From NCBI GenBank assembly GCA_965153355.1, contig OZ231126.1, forward strand, positions 36,766,001 through 36,830,000: DNA of 64,000 bases. Reading direction: 5' to 3'. The position numbers and the translations under genes are program-made. The stretch comes from Flaccisagitta enflata (lineage: Eukaryota). The notes under the pieces were generated by a model, which was not told the origin of the DNA, did no database searches, and saw nothing but the letters and a program-made list of their open reading frames with translations. Below, in pieces: positions 57,701 to 64,000 of this stretch; the first letter of the stretch is position 1, and every line of letters starts with the position of its first letter.

Positions 57701-60700
57701 CAATATTGTCCACAAGCAAACTCCACCTATTTTTGACTAATTTGCTTTTTTAATTCATCCTACCCAAATTTGAGGTCTTTACACCCTTATCCATCCATCT
57801 CAGTCCAAAATCATTTTGATCTATCCCTAAGCATTTCATCTTAGGGGCCTACTAAAACCTAACCACCCTACTATACCTCTGAGTTCACAATAACATCTTT
57901 TGTTTAGTAGTTCCTACCCTGTGACGAGAAGAGGTCGCAAGGGGTGTTGTCTCCCGCCTTATTAGAGGGGGGCACCTCACATTTTTCAAAAACTATTCTG
58001 GAACAATAAAAAACTGAAAAAATGAGACTTTGGAATAGTGAAAAACCAAATCAGGGCCATTTAGTAGGTATATCATAGCCTACACAAGTCAGAAATAGCT
58101 TGAAAAACACTCATTTTGACCTTATTTGGCGATAGTCCATTTTAAGCAAAAATGAGAGTTTTTATAGTGAATTTTTCTCAAATTTCAGGTATTTTTGGAG
58201 GATTTTAGGGTATTTTCATTTTGTTTACATGTTTATATGCTAGTCTAACAAAAAAAATTACAAACAAGCTGAAAATTACAAATCTGATACTAGCAAGATA
58301 CTCTTATAAGGGGGGAGACAATAACCCGAGTCTAAAATATAAAGGGATTTTTTAGGATTTTCAAAGTCGCATCACGACTGTAAAAATGCAAGCACCTGGC
58401 TGATTTTTGGTATATACCCTCCTTGACTATTGTACTTTGATAAGAAAAAAAATTAGGGGCTGAAATGCCTCCAAAGGAACCAGTTTACCACCCACACCTA
58501 CCACCACATCCTCGATTATGTTTTTAGGGCTCAACAACCAAAAATCTAACTTCAATATGTTGAAAAAATGAATTTTCCTGGGGTGTCCTGTACTTGGGTA
58601 GTGCTCATTGGATGTCTCTGAAGGGATTTAGGCTAAAAAAATCAAAATCCATGAATTTGTTTTCTCACAATATTGTCCACAAGCAAACTCCACCTATTTT
58701 TGACTAATTTGCTTTTTTAATTCATCCTACCCAAATTTGAGGTCTTTACACCCTTATCCATCCATCTCAGTCCAAAAATCATTTTGATCTATCCCTAAGC
58801 ATTTTATCTTAGGGGCCTAATAAAACCTAACCACCCTACTATACCTCTGGGCTCACAATAACATCTTTTGTTTAGTAGTTCCTACCCTGAGACGAGAAGA
58901 GGTCGCAAGGGGTGTTGTCTCCCGCCTTATTAGAGGGGGGCACCTCACATTTTTTCAAAAACTATTCTGGAACAATAAAAAACTGAAAAAATGAAACTTT
59001 GGAATAGTGAAAAACCAAATCAGGGCCATTTAGTAGGTATATCATAGCCTACACAAGTCAGAAATAGCTTGAAAAACACTCATTTTGACCTTATTTGGCG
59101 ATAGTCCATTTTAAGCAAAAATGAGAGTTTTTATAGTGAATTTTTCTCAAATTTCAGGTATTTTTGGAGGATTTTAGGGTATTTTCATTTTGTTTACATG
59201 TTTATATGCTAGTCTAACAAAAAAATTAACAAACAAGCTGAAAATTACAAATCTGATACTAGCAAGATACTCTTATAAGGGGGGAGACAATAACCCGAGT
59301 CTAAAATATAAAGGGATTTTTTAGGATTTTCAAAGTCGCATCACGACTGTAAAAATGCAAGCACCTGGCTGATTTTTGGTATATACCCTCCTTGACTATT
59401 GTACTTTGATAAGAAAAAAAAATTAGGGGCTGAAATGCCTCCAAAGGAACCAGTTTACCACCCACACCTACCACCACATCCTCAATTATGACCTTTTTAG
59501 GGCTCAACAACCAAAAATCTAACTTCAATATGTTGAAAAAATGAATTTTCCTGGGGTGTCCTGTACTTGGGTAGTGCTCATTGGATGTCTCTGAAGGGAT
59601 TTAGGCTAAAAAAATCAAAATCCATGAATTTGTTTTCTCACAATATTGTCCACAAGCAAACTCTACCTATTTTTGACTAATTTGCTTTTTTAATTCATCC
59701 TACCCAAATTTGAGGTCTTTACACCCTTATCCATCCATCTCAGTCCAAAAATCATTTTGATCTATCCCTAAGCATTTTATCTTAGGGGCCTACTAAAACC
59801 TAACCACCCTACTATACCTCTGAGTTCACAATAACATCTTTTGTTTAGTAGTTCCTACCCTGTGACGAGAAGAGGTCGCAAGGGGTGTTGTCTCCCGCCT
59901 TATTAGAGGGGGGCACCTCACATTTTTTCAAAAACTATTCTGGAACAATAAAAAACTGAAAAAATGAGACTTTGGAATAGTGAAAAACCAAATCAGGGCC
60001 ATTTAGTAGGTATATCATAGCCTACACAAGTCAGAAATAGCTTGAAAAACACTCATTTTGACCTCATTTGGCGATAGTCCATTTTAAGCAAAAATGAGAG
60101 TTTTTATAGTGGATTTTTCTCAAATTTCAGGTATTTTTGGAGGATTTTAGGGTATTTTCATCTTGTTTACATGTTTATATGCTAATCTAACAAAAAAATT
60201 GACAAACAAGCTGAAAATTACAAATCTGATACTAGCAAGATACTCTTATAAGGGGGGAGACAATAACCCGAGTCTAAAATATAAAGGGATTTTTTAGGAT
60301 TTTCAAAGTCGCATCACGACTGTAAAAATGCAAGCACCTGGCTGATTTTTGGTATATACCCTCCTTGACTATTGTACTTTGATAAGAAAAAAAATTAGGG
60401 GCTGAAATGCCTCCAAAGGAACCAGTTTACCACCCACACCTACCACCACATCCTCGATTATGACCGTTTTTAGGGCTCAACAACCAAAAATCTAACTTCA
60501 ATATGTTGAAAAAATGAATTTTCCTGGGGTGTCCTGTACTTGGGTAGTGCTCATTGGATGTCTCTGAAGGGATTTAGGCTAAAAAAATCAAAATCCATGA
60601 ATTTGTTTTCTCACAATATTGTCCACAAGCAAACTCCACCTATTTTTGACTAATTTGCTTTTTTAATTCATCCTACCCAAATTTGAGGTCTTTACACCCT

Positions 60701-62994
60701 TATCCATCCATCTCAGTCCAAAAATCATTTTGATCTATCCCTAAGCATTTCATCTTAGGGGCCTACTAAAACCTAACCACCCTACTATACCTCTGAGTTC
60801 ACAATAACATCTTTTGTTTAGTAGTTCCTACCCTGTGACGAGAAGAGGTCGCAAGGGGTGTTGTCTCCCGCCTTATTAGAGGGGGGCACCTCACATTTTT
60901 CAAAAACTATTCTGGAACAATAAAAAACTGAAAAAATGAGACTTTGGAATAGTGAAAAACCAAATCAGGGCCATTTAGTAGGTATATCATAGCCTACACA
61001 AGTCAGAAATAGCTTGAAAAACACTCATTTTGACCTTATTTGGCGATAGTCCATTTTAAGCAAAAATGAGAGTTTTTATAGTGAATTTTTCTCAAATTTC
61101 AGGTATTTTTGGAGGATTTTAGGGTATTTTCATTTTGTTTACATGTTTATATGCTAGTCTAACAAAAAAAATTAACAAACAAGCTGAAAATTACAAATCT
61201 GATACTAGCAAGATACTCTTATAAGGGGGGAGACAATAACCCGAGTCTAAAATATAAAGGGATTTTTTAGGATTTTCAAAGTCGCATCACGACTGTAAAA
61301 ATGCAAGCACCTGGCTGATTTTTGGTATATACCCTCCTTGACTATTGTACTTTGATAAAAAAATTAGGGGCTGAAATGCCCCAAAGGAACCAGTTTACCA
61401 CCCACACCTACCACCACATCCTCGTTTATGACCGTTTTTAGGGCTCAACAACCAAAAATCTAACTTCAATATGTTGAAAAAATGAATTTTCCTGGGGTGT
61501 CCTGTACTTGGGTAGTGCTCATTGGATGTCTCTGAAGGGATTTAGGCTAAAAAAATCAAAATCCATGAATTTGTTTTCTCACAATATTGTCCACAAGCAA
61601 ACTCCACCTATTTTTGACTAATTTGCTTTTTTAATTCATCCTACCCAAATTTGAGGTCTTTACACCCTTATCCATCCATCTCAGTCCAAAAATCATTTTG
61701 ATCTATCCCTAAGCATTTCATCTTAGGGGCCTACTAAAACCTAACCACCCTACTATACCTCTGAGCTCACAATAACATCTTTGTTTAGTAGTTCCTACCC
61801 TGTGACGAGAAGAGGTCGCAAGGGGTGTTGTCTCCCGCCTTATTAGAGGGGGGCACCTCACATTTTTCAAAAACTATTCTGGAACAATAAAAAACTGAAA
61901 AAATGAGACTTTGGAATAGTGAAAAACCAAATCAGGGCCATTTAGTAGGTATATCATAGCCTACACAAGTCAGAAATAGCTTGAAAAACACTCATTTTGA
62001 CCTTATTTGGCGATAGTCCATTTTAAGCAAAAATGAGAGTTTTTATAGTGAATTTTTCTCAAATTTCAGGTATTTTTGGAGGATTTTAGGGTATTTTCAT
62101 TTTGTTTACATGTTTATATGCTAGTCTAACAAAAAAAATTAACAAACAAGCTGAAAATTACAAATCTGATACTAGCAAGATACTCTTATAAGGGGGAGAC
62201 AATAACCCGAGTCTAAAATATAAAGGGATTTTTAGGATTTTCAAAGTCATCACGACTGTAAAAATGCAAGCACCTGGCTGATTTTTGGTATATACCCTCC
62301 TTGACTATTGTACTTTGATAAGAAAAAAAATTAGGGCTGAAATGCCTCCAAAGGAACCAGTTTACCACCCACACCTACCACCACATCCTCGATTATGACC
62401 GTTTTAGGGCTCAACAACCAAAAATCTAACTTCAATATGTTGAAAAAATGAATTTTCCTGGGGTGTCCTGTACTTGGGTAGTGCTCATTGGATGTCTCTG
62501 AAGGGATTTAGGCTAAAAAATCAAAATCCATGAATTTGTTTTCTCACAATATTGTCCACAAGCAAACTCCACCTATTTTTGACTAATTTGCTTTTTTAAT
62601 TCATCCTACCCAAATTTGAGGTCTTTACACCCTTATCCATCCATCTCAGTCCAAAAATCATTTTGATCTATCCCTAAGCATTTCATCTTAGGGGCCTACT
62701 AAAACCTAACCACCCTACTATACCTCTGAGTTCACAATAACATCTTTTGTTTAGTAGTTCCTACCCTGTGACGAGAAGAGGTCGCAAGGGGTGTTGTCTC
62801 CCGCCTTATTAGAGGGGGGCACCTCACATTTTTTCAAAAACTATTCTGGAACAATAAAAAACTGAAAAAATGAGACTTTGGAATAGTGAAAAACCAAATC
62901 AGGGCCATTTAGTAGGTATATCATAGCCTACACAAGTCAGAAATAGCTTGAAAAACACTCATTTTGACCTTATTTGGCGATAGTCCATTTTAAG
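45710..62994. repeat. Tandem array of a ~970 bp unit, 17 full copies plus one truncated copy (~17.3 kb)
   Basis: Unit starts (GGGGGAGACAATAACCCGAG) at about 45710, 46684, 47654, 48625, 49594, 50560, 51530, 52497, 53468, 54438, 55406, 56374, 57343, 58310, 59279, 60252, 61225 and 62191; copies differ mainly by homopolymer indels. Confidence 0.97.
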
Positions 62995-63769
62995 GAGTGA
63001 ATGTCATTATGTAGCATTACCAATAAATGTTAATAAGGATGTGAGGGTACGTTCAAGTTGTGTCAAAAGTCAATCCAGGATCAAATATGTTTTTTTGGTG
63101 TTTATACGAAAAAATATCCTTTATAAGCCACGGGTTAGGTTGGAAACATTTTTTTTGTGACAGATGTCATGAAAGTGTCGATTACCAATCATGTACAGTA
63201 AAGAATCATTCAGCAGTATGGAATAACCGAGTTTCACTGTAAAAGCATCGAGGTAAAAATGAAGCTGTAAAAAGCAAGATTACGACACCTCTTGTTTACA
63301 GCGTAAGTTTCAGACTGCTAGTGAGAGCCGTCTGGTAACAAATGACAGCTGAAGTTTGCGTGGTTCCTACTGAGGCTGATCATGTAATGATTCTCATATA
63401 GTAAAGAATCTCTTTGGATCAATCACAAGCTGAATCACCTTGTTTGTAAACAAAAAGTCTCCATGACGATCACTGACGCTTTCGTAGATCTTGCTTATAG
63501 AAGCTTTTGCTCCGCAAACGCATAAGAGTTTTTTTTTCAAAGAAGAATTTTTTTTTTTACGAAGGTAGTAGTAACGAAACTCAACCAGTGAATCCCATGC
63601 AGATGCAGTGAATGCACAACTTTGGCGTCTGATTTGATAAAGGAACGGATTAACGCCGATTGCATGTACAGCAGCAAATGCGTTTGTCGGACAACGCAAA
63701 GAATCAATAATTCTCCCAACCTTCAAACCCCCCGGGTGCACCTGGTAATCTCTAGTAGAAAAATGTGAG

Positions 63770-64000
63770 ATTAATACCCGAGCAATACCCGAGCATACCC
63801 AAGCATACCCAAGAAATACCCTAACAATACCCGAGTAATACCCGAGCAATACCCAGGCAATACCCAAGCAATACCCGAGCAATCCCAAGCGATACTAAAG
63901 CAATGCCAAAGTAATACCCGGGCATACCCGAGCATACCCGAGCATACCCAAGTAATACCCTAACAATACCTGAGCAATACCCGAACAATACCCAAGCAAT
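63770..64000. repeat. 10-11 bp minisatellite (AATACCCGAGC), running off the window
   Basis: Direct inspection. Confidence 0.9.

Noticed and set aside
48647-59528. Short 60-75 aa ORFs in array units
   Set aside because: They appear and disappear with homopolymer indels between copies and have no recognisable motifs
45710-62994. Array as rDNA, 5S, snRNA, histone cluster, CRISPR or hammerhead retrozyme
   Set aside because: No recognisable RNA-gene or histone sequence, no unique spacers and no CUGANGA/GAAA hammerhead core seen; a covariance-model (Rfam) search could not be run

Overview
Eukaryotic (animal, probably invertebrate) genomic DNA, AT-rich and very dense in microsatellites; most entries in the ORF track are repeat artefacts. 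Manual splicing gives one + strand multi-exon gene (at least 9134-45563). It has 17 core exons plus one candidate cassette exon, all with GT/AG boundaries and consistent phases, encoding roughly 1,060-1,120 aa. The order is an S/T-rich stalk, one transmembrane helix followed by KRRWK, five fibronectin type III (FN3) domains and a long low-complexity tail. This places the FN3 repeats after the membrane span, possibly in the cytoplasm. Other contents: a 5'-truncated CR1-clade LINE with an open RT frame inside an AAG microsatellite, a 7.1 kb intronic foldback element with ~1.6 kb inverted arms and nested insertions, Tc1/mariner-type MITEs, several Helentron/DINE-1-like non-autonomous families, and minisatellites. 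A ~17.3 kb tandem array of 18 copies of a ~970 bp unit with internal inverted repeats starts just after the last visible exon. No database search was possible, so family names rest on motifs and structure.
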